NCBI GenBank assembly: GCA_030017835.1
Contig: JASEGU010000001.1
Location: 24,341-88,340, forward strand
Direction: 5' to 3'
DNA from: Actinomycetota bacterium
GTDB lineage: Bacteria > Actinomycetota > Aquicultoria > UBA3085 > Oleimmundimicrobiaceae
DNA length: 64,000 nucleotides
Shown in pieces: positions 1 through 10,140 of this stretch. How positions within the stretch are numbered: the first letter of the stretch is position 1; each line of letters begins with the position of its first letter. A model generated the notes under the pieces. That model was not told where the DNA came from, ran no database searches, and saw only the letters and a program-made list of their open reading frames with translations. The position numbers were made by a program, and so were the translations under genes.

Positions 1-254
1 GGTATTTTTATTCAAATTTATTAATTTTTGGATTAAATGTTAAAAACTCATAAAAAACCCGCCCAAGGTTTGTCACATTCAGTTCTGTCCTCTTGCAAAA
101 AGGGATGGTGGTTTTAAGTTACGCCCCCTTTAAGTCGATTTCCCAAAAGAGATATTTGGCTTTAAAATTGATAATGTTTACAACGATAAGCTTGCTCTGT
201 CATGATGGACTCTTTGGGCTTTGCTTAAGTATAAGCTTAAATTGGAGTAGTTAA

Positions 255-1388
255 TTGGGCCTCTTTGGGATCAAAGCTTCAAAAAAACCGGTCGGTCTGG
301 ATATCGGAAGCAAACACATACGGGTGGTTGAGATGGGCCGCTCTCATGGCAGGCCCGCCATATCTCGCTATGGAATGATAGACATACCTCCCGGCGTGAT
401 GGTTGAGGGCGAAATAACCGACGTCAATGCCATGGCAGAACTTTTAAAAGAGCTCTGGAAGAAGGCCAAGATCTCTCAGAGCGAAGTCCACCTTGGGGTG
501 GCCAATCAGAAGGTGATCGCAAGGCTCATCGAATTTCCGCTTATGACTCGAGATGAGCTTGAGGGGGCGATTGAGTTTCAGGCCCAAGAGTTTATTCCGA
601 TACCCTTGGAAGAGGCAGTCCTCGACTTCGAGATCTTAGGCGAGGTCACCACCGAAGAGGGCGAACGTAAAGTCGAGATTCTTCTGGTCGCGGCTCAAAA
701 AGACATGGTCTACCGTCATGTGGAGGCTCTGGAGAAGGCCGGCTTAAAACCGATAGCCGTCGATTTATCCTCGCTCGCCATAGCCAGAGCAAATCTCTAT
801 GGCGGCCAGGCTTCCCCTGAGTCCGAAAGCCAGCCTCAGGCGATAACCGCATTCATAAACATAGAATCCGGTCTAACCAACATAGTCATAGCCGAAAATG
901 ATAAGGTCAGGTTCACTCGCGTCTCGGGACTTGCCGGTGACGATTTCTCTCAGAAGGTGGCCGACCTCTTAGTCATTCCGCTCTCTCAGGCGAAAAAACT
1001 CAAAGCAGAAATCGGTCTCTCACCCAATCCGGACGAGAAACTAGGTGACGTTTTGCCCGAATACGTCGATGATATGGATAGGGTCAAGTTGGTCAGAGAA
1101 ATACTGATCCAAGAGGCGGAGAGGTTCGTCAATGAGATCAAGCGCTCCTTCAATTTCTATCTCACCCAGACCGGCGGCAAAGTGGTAAATAGGGTCGTTT
1201 TGACGGGCGGTGGCTCGGTCTTTAGAAATCTCGATTTATTCATGAGTCAGGCCCTCGGCATCACGACGGTGTTTGGCAAATTTTTAGATCGCTTTGCGGT
1301 TAGAGACCCCCGCTTAAAGCAGGATGTAGAGAAGGATGAACCCTCGCTGGCCGTAAGCATCGGCCTGGCTTTAAGGGAGTTTGAGTAA
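255..1388 (+). CDS. pilM: Type IV pilus assembly protein PilM (actin/FtsA-like)
   Basis: VGLDIGS N-terminal motif, EAVLDFE, LLVAA, VVLTGGGS and C-terminal IGLALR; TTG start after GGAG. Confidence 0.93.
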   Translation: MGLFGIKASKKPVGLDIGSKHIRVVEMGRSHGRPAISRYGMIDIPPGVMVEGEITDVNAMAELLKELWKKAKISQSEVHLGVANQKVIARLIEFPLMTRDELEGAIEFQAQEFIPIPLEEAVLDFEILGEVTTEEGERKVEILLVAAQKDMVYRHVEALEKAGLKPIAVDLSSLAIARANLYGGQASPESESQPQAITAFINIESGLTNIVIAENDKVRFTRVSGLAGDDFSQKVADLLVIPLSQAKKLKAEIGLSPNPDEKLGDVLPEYVDDMDRVKLVREILIQEAERFVNEIKRSFNFYLTQTGGKVVNRVVLTGGGSVFRNLDLFMSQALGITTVFGKFLDRFAVRDPRLKQDVEKDEPSLAVSIGLALREFE

Positions 1389-1981
1389 TGGCCATCAACC
1401 TTTTGCTCAGAGATATCCAGGAAAAGAGGCGCAAAGAGAGACAGGTTGGCTCAATGATGCTTGGGGCGACCAGCTTGATTTTTGTTATGGTCGTAACCTA
1501 TGTTGTCCTATATATGGTTATTCAGCGGGAAGAGGCCGACCTTGCCGGGTTAAACAGGGATCTCACCACGATAAATGAAGAGATAGTAACCTATAAGCAA
1601 TTTGAGGAGAGAAAGACTGAATTTGACAATAGGAATTCCTTGGTCGAAGTCTCCATTGCCGGCGAACTGGCCTTAGATAAGATGCTAAATGAGGTCAGCA
1701 TGATCATTCCTACCAACGTCTGGTTGACGTCATTAAATTTGGGCTATGAGGGTGGGTTTGAGGTATCCGGCTACACCTATGACTTTCCATCCGTCGCCCA
1801 ATGGCTGATCATGAACGACAAGATGAAATTGCTCGAAGATATATGGCTAAATAACGCGGCCAAGACAGATTACGAAGGAAACGAGATGGTTCAGTTCTCC
1901 TCCAAGGCCCGCGTCCCGTTCTCTAAAGCGGAAGAATCCGCCAAGCAGAGTCCTCAGGGCGAAGGGGGTGGCAGTCAGTGA
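1388..1981 (+). CDS. pilN: Type IV pilus assembly protein PilN
   Basis: N-terminal INLL PilM-binding motif, one TM helix, coiled coil, IPxNVWLTSL motif; follows pilM. Confidence 0.85.
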   Translation: MAINLLLRDIQEKRRKERQVGSMMLGATSLIFVMVVTYVVLYMVIQREEADLAGLNRDLTTINEEIVTYKQFEERKTEFDNRNSLVEVSIAGELALDKMLNEVSMIIPTNVWLTSLNLGYEGGFEVSGYTYDFPSVAQWLIMNDKMKLLEDIWLNNAAKTDYEGNEMVQFSSKARVPFSKAEESAKQSPQGEGGGSQ

Positions 1982-2568
1982 ACCTTAAGATTTCACCAAG
2001 GGAGCAACTTATGCTAATTGCCGCTTCAGCCTTTCTCCTTCTCGTCTTGTTCGGCTTCTTTGTGGTCTATCCAAATGTCTCCAAGATAATCCAGCTAAAC
2101 GGGGAACAGGATAACGTCTCAAGGGAGTTGAGTTCAGCCGAGGCGACCCTAACTCGCCTGAAAGCCCTTAAGCGGGACGCCTCCAAACTCGAAGCTGATC
2201 TGGCAAAACTTAAGATCAGGCTCCCTGATGAATCTGAGATACCGACTCTGATAATAGACGTCAACAAGATCGCCAAGGATGCAGGCATAGAGTTCATTCA
2301 GGTCGCCCAGAGTGAGTGGGTGGGGGGTGAGGGTTATACGGAGATACCGCTCAACATCACCATGGAGGGTCGCTACTTCGATATCATAGACTTCCTCTAT
2401 CGTCTCCGTCATCACGCAAGGGAGATAGTGGTGATGAGCATAAACATTGCCGAGGGACCGGACGGGCTGCCTCAGGTATCGGCGACCATCGATGCCAAGA
2501 CCTTCACGCTTAAGGCGCCGCTTAAAGAAGGGGCCGAACAGACTCAGCCCGGAGCAGGGGGAGTCTGA
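1978..2568 (+). CDS. pilO: Type IV pilus assembly protein PilO
   Basis: TM plus coiled coil, LPDESEIPTL, IPLNITMEGRYFDIIDFL; third gene of pilMNO. Confidence 0.85.
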   Translation: MNLKISPREQLMLIAASAFLLLVLFGFFVVYPNVSKIIQLNGEQDNVSRELSSAEATLTRLKALKRDASKLEADLAKLKIRLPDESEIPTLIIDVNKIAKDAGIEFIQVAQSEWVGGEGYTEIPLNITMEGRYFDIIDFLYRLRHHAREIVVMSINIAEGPDGLPQVSATIDAKTFTLKAPLKEGAEQTQPGAGGV

Positions 2569-2570
2569 CA

Positions 2571-3098
2571 TTGGATGCGCTCAAAGCTTTTCTCAAAACC
2601 AGAGTTGGTCAACTCGCGGTCGCTATGGTCGTCCTCGGTCTGATGCTGGGGGCTTTACTTGTAGGTCCACAAATCATGGATATGTTAAATCCATCCTCCG
2701 ATGTGCCCGATGTTACAAGGACCACCACCTCGACGGCTGATCAAGACGAGACCAAGACCGAAGAGACCCTGGTTGACGCAACCGATAAGTATGATATCTA
2801 TGAGTCCAAAGATCCTTTTAAACCCCTGATCAAGGCGGCTACTCCCGGCGACGACGCCGACGGCACCGATGGAACCGGCGGAACTAGCTCGAATGCCTTG
2901 GTTGTTGAGAGCATAGTTTTGGAGAACGGAATCTACTACGCCAACATAACCTACGGGGGGACGTCCCATAAGGTCAAAGACGGCGACAGGGTGGGGACAT
3001 CTCCCTATGAGGTCGTCTCGATAACGGCGGATAGGGTACTTCTTCTATACGGCGACGAAGCGACGCCAGCCACCCCCGGCGAAGAGATAATAAAGTAA
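2571..3098 (+). CDS. PilP/GspC-like membrane-anchored pilus accessory protein
   Basis: N-terminal TM helix, T/D-rich linker, KDPFKPL motif resembling PilP RDPF, C-terminal beta domain (VKDGDRVG..YEVVSI); occupies the pilP position. Confidence 0.55.
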   Translation: MDALKAFLKTRVGQLAVAMVVLGLMLGALLVGPQIMDMLNPSSDVPDVTRTTTSTADQDETKTEETLVDATDKYDIYESKDPFKPLIKAATPGDDADGTDGTGGTSSNALVVESIVLENGIYYANITYGGTSHKVKDGDRVGTSPYEVVSITADRVLLLYGDEATPATPGEEIIK

Positions 3099-3124
3099 TG
3101 CCCCTTTGCAAAGAAAGGAACCCC

Positions 3125-3155
3125 AGGCGACCGTTAGTTTGGCGCCTTTTTCTTC
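3125..3155 (+). terminator. Putative intrinsic terminator after pil operon
   Basis: AGGCG...CGCCT stem followed by TTTTCTTC. Confidence 0.4.
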
Positions 3156-3192
3156 ATCTGAATTTGTGCTCTAACTATTTTGAGGTGGAAAG

Positions 3193-4350
3193 ATGATAAA
3201 ATTTTCAACCGCGGGCGAATCACACGGTCCGGCTCTTGTGACGATAGTCGAAGGGGTTCCGGCCGGCCTTTCAATCAAAATAGATTCTATAAACTTCGAG
3301 CTCAAGCGGAGAAAGCTAGGCTATGGCCGTGGCGGACGGATGGATATCGAGACCGATAAAGCGGTGATCCTTTCGGGCGTCCGCCACGCAAGGAGCCTGG
3401 GAAGTCCGATTGCCCTAATGATAGAGAATCTCGACCACAAGAACTGGTCGACCCTGATGGCGACCGACGAGGTTAGCAAGGAAGCAGAAAGGATCACCGC
3501 GGCCCGGCCGGGCCACGCGGATCTTGCCGGCATGATGAAGATGGGTCTCTTTGACGTGCGCGACGTCTTGGAGAGGGCGAGTGCGCGCGAGACGGCGGCC
3601 AGGGTTGCGGCCGGCGCCATCTTCAAGCTAATACTGAAGGAGCTTGGCATCGAAGTATTGAGCCACGTTGTTAGCATAGGCAGAGTCGAGTCTAAGCCTG
3701 AAAGGCTTCCTGTGCCGAAGGATTTGGAAGCGATAGACGCCTCTCCCGTCCGCTCCTTCTCGCCCAAAGACGAGAAGGCCATGATTGAGGAGATTGAGCG
3801 CGCCAAAGATGCGGGCCACTCCGTTGGCGGTATTTTCGAGGTCTTAGCCTATGGGGCGCCGCCTGGTCTTGGCGGCTATCAATCTTTTACCGAACGCCTG
3901 GACGCAAGACTGGCCTCGGCCGTCATGTCGATTCCGGCCATAAAGGGAGTCGAATTTGGACGAGGCTTTGAGTTGGCTCATCTGCCCGGAGATGAAGCCC
4001 ACGATGAGATATTCCACGATAAAGTGAGGGGCTTCTTCAGGAAGACCAACTTTGCTGGCGGTCTGGAGGGCGGCATGACCAATGGGGAGACGCTTATCTT
4101 GCGGGCGGCCATGAAGCCGATACCGACCCTTGTCAAACCGCTTAAGACGGTGGACATAGTAAGCAAGGAAGAGAAAGAGGCGCTTAAAGAGCGCTCGGAC
4201 GTCTGCGCCGTTGCCGCCGCCGCCGTGGTAGCCGAATCTATGGTTGCCTTTGAAATCGCGCGGGCCGCTTTGGAAAAGTTCGGCGGCGATTCTCTGTCCG
4301 ATCTTAAGGTCAACTACCGCTCTTACCTTAAGAGGATTGGAAGCATCTAA
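3193..4350 (+). CDS. aroC: Chorismate synthase
   Basis: TAGESHG, RPGHAD, ERASARETA, GGLEGGMTNG, MKPIPT, ERSDVC. Confidence 0.97.
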   Translation: MIKFSTAGESHGPALVTIVEGVPAGLSIKIDSINFELKRRKLGYGRGGRMDIETDKAVILSGVRHARSLGSPIALMIENLDHKNWSTLMATDEVSKEAERITAARPGHADLAGMMKMGLFDVRDVLERASARETAARVAAGAIFKLILKELGIEVLSHVVSIGRVESKPERLPVPKDLEAIDASPVRSFSPKDEKAMIEEIERAKDAGHSVGGIFEVLAYGAPPGLGGYQSFTERLDARLASAVMSIPAIKGVEFGRGFELAHLPGDEAHDEIFHDKVRGFFRKTNFAGGLEGGMTNGETLILRAAMKPIPTLVKPLKTVDIVSKEEKEALKERSDVCAVAAAAVVAESMVAFEIARAALEKFGGDSLSDLKVNYRSYLKRIGSI

Positions 4351-4397
4351 AACGACTAGCCCGTTATCTATATGCGCATTTTAAAGGGGCCACAAAA

Positions 4398-4898
4398 TTG
4401 AAGAATATCATCCTGATCGGTTTCATGGGCTCTGGTAAGAGCACGGTCGGAAAGCTGCTGGCAAAAGACCTTAAAGCCCGGTTTATCGACCTAGATGAAG
4501 AGATAGAAAAACGTGAAAGAAGGAGCATAAAGAGCATTTTTATGAGCGATGGCGAGGAGGCCTTCAGAAAGCTTGAGGCAGAGATGGTGGGAGAGGCCTC
4601 GGCTCTTAAGGGACGCGTGATAGCTTGCGGCGGCGGCGTTGTCATCGACAAAAATAATGTCGAGCGCCTCAAAGGGAGCGGCGTCTTGATCTATCTCAAG
4701 GCCGATCTTGATACCTTGATCGAAAGGGCCACCAGGACCTCTCACCGTCCCCTGCTTGAGGGTGACGACCCCAAGGAGAAGGCGCGCTCTCTTCTTGAAA
4801 CTAGAGAACCCCTTTATGAGGCGGCCGCGGACAGGGTTATCAATACTTCCGGCCTCAGCCTGGATGAAGTCGTTTTAAGTATCAAGGAAGTCATATGA
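4398..4898 (+). CDS. aroK: Shikimate kinase
   Basis: GFMGSGKSTVG P-loop, GEEAFR, ACGGG, RPLL. Confidence 0.95.
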   Translation: MKNIILIGFMGSGKSTVGKLLAKDLKARFIDLDEEIEKRERRSIKSIFMSDGEEAFRKLEAEMVGEASALKGRVIACGGGVVIDKNNVERLKGSGVLIYLKADLDTLIERATRTSHRPLLEGDDPKEKARSLLETREPLYEAAADRVINTSGLSLDEVVLSIKEVI

Positions 4899-5977
4899 GC
4901 GAACAGAGACGGGTAAGGGTCAATCTGAGATCGAAAAGCTATGACATATTGATTGGCTCCGGAACGCTTGAAGAGATCGGTCGTCATTTGCCCTTATTAA
5001 CCTCGTCGAAAAGGGCCTTTCTAATTAGCAATCCGACGGTTTTTGAAATATACGGCCCGCGGGTCTTGGGCAATTTAAAGGCCGCTGGCTTTGAGGTCAT
5101 ATCGCTAAATGTCGAAGAGGGCGAGGAGACGAAGTCTCTCGAATCGGCCGCTTATCTCTACGGCGAATTGGTCGAGAACCTCGCCAACCGCAGGGACCCG
5201 GTCATAGCGCTTGGCGGCGGCGTCATCGGGGATCTGGCTGGCTTTGTGGCCGCGACGTTCATGCGGGGCATGCCCTTCATCCAGGTACCCACCACCCTCT
5301 TATCCCAGGTCGATAGCAGCGTAGGCGGCAAGACGGCCGTCAACTTGCCCGAGGCCAAAAATATGGTTGGCGTCTTCTACCAGCCAAAACTCGTCCTGAT
5401 CGATACGGATACCCTAAAAAGTCTGGACCCAAGGGAGCTCAAAGCTGGTTTTGCCGAGGTCATCAAGTGCGGTTTCTTGATTGGAAACGATTTTTTATCT
5501 TTTCTGGAAGATGAGATGGATCGGATCTTTGCCCTTGACGAAGTTGCGGTCTCTAAGGTGATCGAGACCTGCTGCAATTTTAAGGCAAGAGTCGTCGAAG
5601 AGGATGAGGAGGATTTTGGCAAAAGAGCCATCCTAAACTACGGTCACACCATCGGACACGCTCTGGAATCGCTCTTCGGTTTTGCCAAATATAGACACGG
5701 CGAAGCGATAGCGGTCGGGATGGTTTGCGCGGCCAAAATATCGCACAGGTTGGGACTTCTGGATGAAGAGTCGCTTGAACGCCACATAAGGATAATCTCG
5801 AAAGCCAGTCTCGAATATGAGCTTCCCAAGATATCGGCCGATCAGCTAATTCGTCAGATTATGTTGGATAAAAAGGGCGAGAGGGCAGAGGTCAACTTCA
5901 TTTTGCTGGAAAAGGCGGGCAAGCCGATCATTAAGAGACTGAAGATCGCTGAAGCGGTAGCTCTTTTGGAAATTTAG
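4895..5977 (+). CDS. aroB: 3-dehydroquinate synthase
   Basis: GGGVIGDLAGF, PTTLLSQVDSSVGGKT, LNYGHTIGHALE, HGEA. Confidence 0.97.
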   Translation: MSEQRRVRVNLRSKSYDILIGSGTLEEIGRHLPLLTSSKRAFLISNPTVFEIYGPRVLGNLKAAGFEVISLNVEEGEETKSLESAAYLYGELVENLANRRDPVIALGGGVIGDLAGFVAATFMRGMPFIQVPTTLLSQVDSSVGGKTAVNLPEAKNMVGVFYQPKLVLIDTDTLKSLDPRELKAGFAEVIKCGFLIGNDFLSFLEDEMDRIFALDEVAVSKVIETCCNFKARVVEEDEEDFGKRAILNYGHTIGHALESLFGFAKYRHGEAIAVGMVCAAKISHRLGLLDEESLERHIRIISKASLEYELPKISADQLIRQIMLDKKGERAEVNFILLEKAGKPIIKRLKIAEAVALLEI

Positions 5978-6073
5978 CGGCTATCATATTTTTGGATTGT
6001 TCAAATTCCACCAACTGTTATAAAATCTTGAATTAAGCTTTACAAATCAATCTCGGGCAAACAGGGAAACAAG

Positions 6074-6511
6074 ATGAAGAAGATAATTGTCATAAACGGG
6101 CCGAATTTGAATCTTCTGGGCCAGCGCGAAGTTGAGACTTACGGGCGGATGAATCTTAAAGAGCTCTCGGCTCAGCTCGCAGAGATCGCTAAAAACCATG
6201 GCTCTATGATCGACTTTTTCCAATCCAACCATGAAGGCGAGATAGTCGATAAGATTCAGAGCTCAAAGGGAGAGTATGATCTCGCAATAATCAATCCGGC
6301 CGCTTTTACCCATTACAGCATCGCCATCCGCGACGCCATAGCCTCAATCGATCTTCCAGTCATCGAAGTCCACCTCTCAAATATCTATGCCCGAGAGGAG
6401 TTCCGGGAAAAATCGGTCATCGCTCCCGTCTGCGTGGGGCAGATATCCGGCCTTGGGCCATTCAGCTACGTGGCCGCTCTTCTGGCCGCTATTGATATGC
6501 TCAAAAGCTAA
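6074..6511 (+). CDS. aroQ: Type II 3-dehydroquinate dehydratase
   Basis: NGPNLNLLGQRE...YG, QSNHEG, INPAAFTHYS, EVHLSN. Confidence 0.97.
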   Translation: MKKIIVINGPNLNLLGQREVETYGRMNLKELSAQLAEIAKNHGSMIDFFQSNHEGEIVDKIQSSKGEYDLAIINPAAFTHYSIAIRDAIASIDLPVIEVHLSNIYAREEFREKSVIAPVCVGQISGLGPFSYVAALLAAIDMLKS

Positions 6512-6535
6512 TTGTGGGGGTAACTTAAGATAGAT

Positions 6536-7597
6536 TTGCGTCTGTCCCGAATAGAAAAGACTCTAGCAGAGAAACAGCTCGACATCTTCCTCATCACTAA
6601 ACCTGAAAACATCTTCTATTTAACCGGCTTCTTTGGTTCAAGTGGAATCTTCTTAATTGGCGGCAAGGGCGCCCATCTTTTGGTAGATTTTCGCTATCTT
6701 GAAGATGCAAAGGAGAAGATAGGCGACCGTCCAATCGAGATCAACCTGGTCAAAGATGGCTATATAGACTCCCTTGCGCATCTGATCTCTAATGGCAAGA
6801 GGCTCGGCTATGAGGCGGATCATCTGACCGTTGCGAAATATAGGGGGTTGAAAGAGAGGCTCTCACAAGCTGAACTCGTTTCGACTCAAGGAGTAATAGA
6901 GGGTTTTCGTCAAGTTAAAGACGAGAGCGAGATAGAGAAGATCACTGAAGCAGCCGCCATAACCGACCTCGTATTTCAAGATATCATAGGTCAAATCGGG
7001 CCGGGCGCAACCGAAAGAGGGGTGGCGGCCACAATTGAGCAACTGATAAGAGCCCGCGGCGGCGAGAGGGCCGCCTTCGATGTAATCGTGGCGAGTGGAC
7101 CCAACTCTGCCCGGCCCCATGCTGCGGTTACCTCAAGGAGGCTTGCCCGCGGCGACTTTGTAAAATTGGATTTTGGAGCCGCCATCGGCGGTTATTGTTC
7201 CGACATGACAAGGATGGTCCATCTGGGGCCAGCCTCGAATGAGGAGAGGGATATCTATGAACTCGCCCGCCGGGCCCAAGAGACGGCCTTAAGCTCAATA
7301 AGGGCGAAGATGAGCGAGAGGGAGGCCGACGCCACCTCTCGCGGTATCATAATTGCGGCCGGCTTTGGTGATAATTTTGCACACGGCCTCGGCCATGGCG
7401 TCGGCCTCGAGATACATGAAAGGCCCACGCTCTCTCCAAAGGGGGATAAAACCCTAGAAGAGGGGATGGTCTTTACGATAGAGCCGGCAATCTACTTTGA
7501 GGGGAGATTTGGAGTGCGCATAGAGGATACCGTACTTCTTGAAGGCGGCGGCATTAAGCCTTTAAATAAGGTGCCCAAAGAGCTGATCGAGATTTAA
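6536..7597 (+). CDS. Xaa-Pro aminopeptidase (M24 family, PepQ/PepP-like)
   Basis: YCSDMTR, HGLGHGVGLEIHE, TIEPAIY, GVRIED; located just before efp. Confidence 0.92.
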   Translation: MRLSRIEKTLAEKQLDIFLITKPENIFYLTGFFGSSGIFLIGGKGAHLLVDFRYLEDAKEKIGDRPIEINLVKDGYIDSLAHLISNGKRLGYEADHLTVAKYRGLKERLSQAELVSTQGVIEGFRQVKDESEIEKITEAAAITDLVFQDIIGQIGPGATERGVAATIEQLIRARGGERAAFDVIVASGPNSARPHAAVTSRRLARGDFVKLDFGAAIGGYCSDMTRMVHLGPASNEERDIYELARRAQETALSSIRAKMSEREADATSRGIIIAAGFGDNFAHGLGHGVGLEIHERPTLSPKGDKTLEEGMVFTIEPAIYFEGRFGVRIEDTVLLEGGGIKPLNKVPKELIEI

Positions 7598-7643
7598 ATA
7601 GCCCGCAAAATTCTATCGATTTAAACATGAGCAAAGGAGCCAG

Positions 7644-8201
7644 GTGATTACCACAAATCAATTCAAGACCGGAATGACCATCGACATCGACGGAACCCTA
7701 TACGGGATAGTCAATTTTCAACACGTAAAGCCGGGCAAGGGCGGCGCCTTTGTCCGGACCAAGCTCAAGAACATAATGACTGGAGCGGTCATCGATAAGA
7801 CCTTTCGAGCCGGCGAAAAGGTCGAGCAGGCCCACTTGGAGGGCAAGCGTATGCAGTTTCTATACAACGATGATGATACCTATCACTTCATGGATAGCGA
7901 GACTTACGATCAATTCACTCTCTCCAAGGAGGAGATGGGTGATGCGACTCTCTATCTCAAAGAGAACATGGAGGCCCACATAACCATGTTCGAGGGGAAA
8001 CCGATCGGCATAGAGCCTCCAATTTTCGTCGAGCTTGAGGTGGTAGAGACCGAACCCGGCATAAAGGGGGATACCGTAAGCGGTGGGACCAAGTCGGCCA
8101 CTTTGGAGACCGGGGTCGTCGTTCAGGTTCCTCTCTTCATAAGCGTCGGCGATGTCGTCAAGGTGGACACGCGGACAGCAGCCTATATAACCAGGGTGTA
8201 A
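7644..8201 (+). CDS. efp: Translation elongation factor P
   Basis: [28 protein letters not shown]. Confidence 0.98.
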   Translation: MITTNQFKTGMTIDIDGTLYGIVNFQHVKPGKGGAFVRTKLKNIMTGAVIDKTFRAGEKVEQAHLEGKRMQFLYNDDDTYHFMDSETYDQFTLSKEEMGDATLYLKENMEAHITMFEGKPIGIEPPIFVELEVVETEPGIKGDTVSGGTKSATLETGVVVQVPLFISVGDVVKVDTRTAAYITRV

Positions 8202-8266
8202 TCGGCTTTCGAAAACGGCATCGATAAAGTATAATTTATCCTCGACGAATTCAGAGAAGGGACCAG

Positions 8267-10117
8267 ATGAGAGAGAAACCTATCGCCATAACCGATACCA
8301 CCATCAGGGATGCGCATCAGTCACTCTGGGCCACCAGGATGAAGACAGAGGATATGGTGCCCATCCTCGAGAGGATGGATAAGGTCGGCTATCACTCTCT
8401 GGAGGCTTGGGGAGGAGCGACCTTTGATGCTCCTTTGCGCTTTCTGGACGAGAACCCCTGGGAGCGACTTCGCACCATCAAGAAGCATGTCAGAAATACC
8501 CCGCTTCAGATGTTGCTTAGAGGTCAGAACCTGGTCGGATACCGTCACTATTCTGACGACATAGTCCGCCGATTCGTTCATGTTGCTGCGAAGAACGGGA
8601 TGAATATCTTTAGGAATTTCGATGCCCTAAACGATACCAGGAATCATCAGGTGGCCTGCGAAGCGATCAAAGAGGTCGGCGGCCACGTTCAGGCCGCCGT
8701 CTGTTATACCATTAGCCCCGTTCACACCCTTGAACATTACGTCGAGACAGCGGTAAAGCTGGCCGAGATGGGAGCCGACTCCATATGCATCAAAGATATG
8801 GCGGCACTTCTGTCACCCTACCGCACCTATAATTTGGTCAAAAGGTTCAAGGCCGAGCTCGATATCCCAATCCAACTTCATTGCCACTACATCGGCGGTA
8901 TGGCTCCGATGAATTATTTGAAGGCCATCGAGGCAGGCGTCGATGGCATCGATACCGCAAGTGCTCCTTTAGCCTTTGGAAACTCTCAGCCGGCCGTCGA
9001 GATGATGGTCGCCTCTCTCAAAGATACGGCTTACGACTCTGGGCTAGACCTGGAAAAACTCTACGAGATCGCTGAGTACTGGGAGGATGTTCGCGAGAAG
9101 AAGGGCTTTCAGAGGGGGGTAACCTCCCTTACCCACATGAGGGTCTTTTCTCACCAAGTTCCGGGTGGCATGATATCGAACCTGGTAAGCCAACTTGCCG
9201 AGCAGAAATCGTCCGACCGTCTGCCCGAAGTCTTAGAAGAGATACCCAAGGTCAGAGCCGAAGTCGGTTATCCGCCGCTCGTCACTCCGCTTAGCCAGAT
9301 AGTCGGCACTCAAGCCGTCATCAACGTCCTTAGCGGCAAGCGTTGGGGGATAATACCGGATGAGATGAAGGCATATGTGCGGGGTCATTACGGAAAGCCA
9401 CCAGGGCCGATGTCGCCTGAGATAGAGGACTTGATACTGAAAGGGGAGGAGCGGCTGATCGAAAGGCCCGGCACCCTCATAAGGGAGACCTTTACTCAAT
9501 ATGAAAAGGAGCTTGGAGATCTCGCCCGGAGCGAAGAGGACGTCTTGATGTACGCCCTATTTCCTAAGATTGCCCGGGATTATCTGGAGAGACACAGAGA
9601 AGGCGTCGAAAAGACGGTCTTTCTAACCAGCAGACAAATTCAAGCCGTTAAGGGGGATGAAGCTATGGACATAGATCAGATAAAGGAACTCATAAAAATA
9701 TTTGAGGATAGCGAAGTTGGAGAGCTATCGATCGAAGAGGGCGATACCAAGATTAACCTAAAAAAGAAGGCATCGAGTGGAAGCTTGACAGAGATCGCGT
9801 CACCTCACGAGGCTCAAGAGCGGCCAACCCAGAAAACCGCTGAGCAGATCCCAACGAGAAAAGACTACCCCGACGGCTGGAAAGAGATAAAGTCTCCGAT
9901 GGTGGGAATGTTTTACCTAGCTCCCTCGCCTGATGCCGATCCTTTCGTCAAGGTCGGGGACGAGGTTAGCAAGGGTCAGACCCTCTGCATCCTTGAGGCC
10001 ATGAAGCTTATGAATGAGATAACCATAGAAGAGGATGGGATCATCAGGGAAATCTTGATCGAAAACGCAAAGCCCGTCGAATATGGTCAACCGATCTTTC
10101 TCTATGAGCTGGTCTGA
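8267..10117 (+). CDS. Pyruvate carboxylase subunit B / oxaloacetate decarboxylase alpha-like carboxyltransferase fused to a full-length AccB-type biotin carboxyl carrier
   Basis: [47 protein letters not shown]-terminal EAMKLMN biotinylation motif. Confidence 0.9.
   Translation: MREKPIAITDTTIRDAHQSLWATRMKTEDMVPILERMDKVGYHSLEAWGGATFDAPLRFLDENPWERLRTIKKHVRNTPLQMLLRGQNLVGYRHYSDDIVRRFVHVAAKNGMNIFRNFDALNDTRNHQVACEAIKEVGGHVQAAVCYTISPVHTLEHYVETAVKLAEMGADSICIKDMAALLSPYRTYNLVKRFKAELDIPIQLHCHYIGGMAPMNYLKAIEAGVDGIDTASAPLAFGNSQPAVEMMVASLKDTAYDSGLDLEKLYEIAEYWEDVREKKGFQRGVTSLTHMRVFSHQVPGGMISNLVSQLAEQKSSDRLPEVLEEIPKVRAEVGYPPLVTPLSQIVGTQAVINVLSGKRWGIIPDEMKAYVRGHYGKPPGPMSPEIEDLILKGEERLIERPGTLIRETFTQYEKELGDLARSEEDVLMYALFPKIARDYLERHREGVEKTVFLTSRQIQAVKGDEAMDIDQIKELIKIFEDSEVGELSIEEGDTKINLKKKASSGSLTEIASPHEAQERPTQKTAEQIPTRKDYPDGWKEIKSPMVGMFYLAPSPDADPFVKVGDEVSKGQTLCILEAMKLMNEITIEEDGIIREILIENAKPVEYGQPIFLYELV
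9665..10117 (+). CDS. accB: Possible separately initiated AccB (BCCP) from an internal in-frame ATG
   Basis: AAGGGGG just upstream of the in-frame ATG at 9665; [27 protein letters not shown] resembles the canonical AccB N-terminus; 150 aa. Confidence 0.5.
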   Translation: MDIDQIKELIKIFEDSEVGELSIEEGDTKINLKKKASSGSLTEIASPHEAQERPTQKTAEQIPTRKDYPDGWKEIKSPMVGMFYLAPSPDADPFVKVGDEVSKGQTLCILEAMKLMNEITIEEDGIIREILIENAKPVEYGQPIFLYELV

Positions 10118-10140
10118 TATGGATCACGAAGGGATAAACC

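Noticed and set aside
89..3118. Similar CCTYTTGCAAA..AGG motifs flanking the pil operon
   Set aside because: They are short and imperfect, and a similar string occurs inside pdp coding sequence (~28910), so chance is likely.
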